This document shows, in pieces, positions 62,439 to 64,000 of a stretch of DNA of 64,000 nucleotides. The notes beneath the pieces were generated by a model. The model was not told where the DNA came from, did no database searches, and saw only the letters and a program-made list of their open reading frames with translations. Source of the DNA: an uncultured Thermoleophilia bacterium (GTDB taxonomy: Bacteria > Actinomycetota > Thermoleophilia > UBA2241); assembly GCA_963829205.1 (NCBI GenBank), contig CAWHHT010000006.1:410471-474470 (forward strand), given 5' to 3'. The first letter of the stretch is position 1. Every line of letters starts with the position of its first letter. Both the position numbers and the translations under genes were made by a program.

Positions 62439-62459
62439 GTCCGCGTGAGCCTACGAGAA

Positions 62460-63104
62460 TCAGCGGCGCCTGGCTATCTCCTCGGCGATCATGGCGACGA
62501 CCGCCGGCAGGGCGTCGGCGACCGCCGGCGACAACGTGTCGGCGTTGGGGCGCACGTCGCCGACCTGGACCGCGAAGATGACGACCTCGGGGTCGGCGCC
62601 GGTGAGGCGCGTGTTGGCGACGAGATGCGGGACGCCCATGCCATGGATGTTGTTGGAGCGCAGCGAGACGACGCCGGCCTCGTCGGGCCCGAAGCGGAAG
62701 ACCTGGCCGGGCTCGGCGCCCTGGCCGGAGGCGTCCAGGGCGTCGACGACGATCACCGTGTCGGCCTCGCGGAAGTGCTTGATGAGGCCGAGGCCGGCCG
62801 TCTCGCCCAGCACGGCGTCGAGACCGGGTCCGAAGGCGTCGGGGATGTGCCGCCCGACGCCGGCCGCGACCGGCCCGCCGTGCAGCGGCGTCACGTCGTG
62901 GCCGGACTGGGCCAGCAGCCGCCTGACGACGGCAACGCCGACGCCGTCGTCGCCCATGAGCGTGTTGCCGACGCCGAGGACGGCGAGACGCCGGCGGGCG
63001 GCAGGCCCTCCGGCGTCTCGCGCGCTGTCGGCGTTCGCCCCGGCCAGCTCAGCCGCCTTCGCCGGGCGCCGTATCTGCCGCCTTGGACGGGGAGCTCGCT
63101 CCAT
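62460..63104 (-). CDS. [NiFe]-hydrogenase maturation endopeptidase (HyaD/HybD family); start uncertain
   Basis: LAVLGVGNTLMGDDGVG...VIVVDALD...HGMG. The longest ORF overlaps the cytochrome b gene by 56 nt. Confidence 0.75.
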   Translation of the reverse strand: MERAPRPRRQIRRPAKAAELAGANADSARDAGGPAARRRLAVLGVGNTLMGDDGVGVAVVRRLLAQSGHDVTPLHGGPVAAGVGRHIPDAFGPGLDAVLGETAGLGLIKHFREADTVIVVDALDASGQGAEPGQVFRFGPDEAGVVSLRSNNIHGMGVPHLVANTRLTGADPEVVIFAVQVGDVRPNADTLSPAVADALPAVVAMIAEEIARRR

Positions 63105-63765
63105 TGCGCGGTCGCTGGCGCACGTCCACGCATTCGGCGCGCACGGGACGGCCCTCCCTCCAGAGGAACATCAGCGGGATCTCCCACGGCGCCTCGATGA
63201 GCACGATGTACACGTGCGCCGCTGTGATCACGATGAACAGCCACATGGCGATGTAGTGGATGTTGCGGATCATCTCGGTGCCGCCGAGGAAGTAGGTCAT
63301 GGGCTGGAAGAAGCTCGCCGTCACGTGCCACATGGCGAGGCCGGTGGTCGCGTCGACGATGATCGCGAAGAGCAGGCAGCCGTAGGCAAGCTTCTGCAGC
63401 GGGTTGTACTTGGCCGTGCAGGGATGCGTCTTGCGCAGGAACAGGTAGTACTTGACGATCTCCCAGAAGGTCCCCTTGTTCTCCTTCTGCGGGAAGAAGA
63501 AGTGCCAGTCCTTGATCCGCTTCGTGCTGCCGACGTCCGCCGACCCGGTCCCGAAGAACCCCCAGTACACGCGGAAGATCCCGGTGCCCACCAGGAAGAA
63601 CGCGGCGAACAGGTGCACGTAGCGCACCGTGCCGAAGGACCAGCCTGTGAACGGATTGTGGATCCAGAAGCCCGTGAAGATGAGCGTGAACAGGGCGACG
63701 ATGTGGATCCAATGGGTGATCACGGTGCTGATCGGGTGTTCGGCTCTCGTGGTGTGCTTGGCCAT
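63049..63765 (-). CDS. Ni/Fe-hydrogenase b-type cytochrome subunit (HyaC/HupC-like)
   Basis: 4-TM protein. THWIHIVALFTLIFTG, RYVHLFAAFF, NPLQKLAY, IHYIAMWLF (His ligand pattern). Confidence 0.8.
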   Translation of the reverse strand: MAKHTTRAEHPISTVITHWIHIVALFTLIFTGFWIHNPFTGWSFGTVRYVHLFAAFFLVGTGIFRVYWGFFGTGSADVGSTKRIKDWHFFFPQKENKGTFWEIVKYYLFLRKTHPCTAKYNPLQKLAYGCLLFAIIVDATTGLAMWHVTASFFQPMTYFLGGTEMIRNIHYIAMWLFIVITAAHVYIVLIEAPWEIPLMFLWREGRPVRAECVDVRQRPRNGASSPSKAADTAPGEGG

Positions 63766-63780
63766 GGTCCGTCACCCGCC

Positions 63781-64000
63781 TCAACGAACGCGGAACTTGA
63801 GGATCTGGTTGCTCGTCGGTTCAATCACGTGAACCGCACAAGCCATTCAGGGGTCGAAGGTGTGGACAAGCCGCAGGATCTCCAGCGGCTGCGCCGGGTC
63901 CGCGACCGGCAGGCCGACCAGAGCCTCCTCCACCGGACCTCTCACCCCCTTGTCGTCGCGGGGAGAAGTTCCAGTTGGACGGTGGAACGGCGGCGAACGA
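63781..64000 (-). CDS. [NiFe(Se)]-hydrogenase large subunit, C-terminal 72 codons (5' part outside window), with in-frame TGA at 63847-63849 in place of the first Cys of DPCxxCxxH
   Basis: The minus strand reads SFAAVPPSNWNFSPRDDKGVRGPVEEALVGLPVADPAQPLEILRLVHTFDP-TGA-MACAVH-VIEPTSNQILKFRVR-TGA. Not in the ORF track because the TGA splits it. Confidence 0.8.
63817..63836 (-). promoter_or_regulatory. Candidate SECIS hairpin
   Basis: mRNA reads UGA AUGGCUUGUG CGGUUCA CGUGAU UGAACCG. The 7-bp stem starts 10 nt after the UGA, can be extended by G:C across a bulged A, and has GU in the loop. Confidence 0.5.

Overview
Very GC-rich bacterial chromosome segment (about 70% GC by eye, not computed), mostly housekeeping and energy metabolism, with one low-GC islet. 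Left to right: (1) 1-8534, a translationally coupled cluster of glutamate-synthase-family domains (FAD-oxidase/ferredoxin fusion, two FMN-barrel-like proteins, GATase-like plus GXGXG protein) that can only be read with at least 10 frame changes. (2) SDR, DUF2252, MFS, TrxR-like FNR and DUF218 genes. (3) 15308-26914 on the minus strand: large SRP RNA, dnaX, ybaB, recR, then directly coupled porG-porD-porA, a NuoE-like gene, a NuoF/HydB-like gene, and a 1060-aa fusion of 2Fe-2S, GltD-like, ferredoxin and PorB modules. I read this as a candidate NAD(P)H-linked, Bfu/Stn-like 2-oxoacid:ferredoxin oxidoreductase, and it is the most unusual architecture in the window. (4) M28 peptidase, Pat-type acetyltransferase, a PASTA-domain pseudokinase, acs, tRNA-Val and cspA. 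(5) A cysH-cysD-cysN(C-like) operon in which every gene carries one lesion, including an in-frame TAG in a conserved CysD motif. (6) 42200-45278, a low-GC islet abutting tRNA-Ser(CGA), holding a decayed GHKL-ATPase gene, a partner gene and a truncated SPPY DNA methyltransferase, probably a defence or RM remnant. (7) Transporters, peptidases, tadA, yceI, a heavily frameshifted solute-binding protein gene, tRNA-Arg and tRNA-Ser. (8) At the right edge, the 3' end of a hydrogenase operon: the large-subunit C-terminus reads DP-TGA-MACAVH followed by a hairpin, a candidate selenocysteine [NiFeSe] site. It is followed by a b-type cytochrome, a maturation protease and a heptaheme cytochrome c. No CRISPR array, rRNA, transposase or integrase was recognised. 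All calls rest on reading the six-frame translations and on motif recall; no searches were run.
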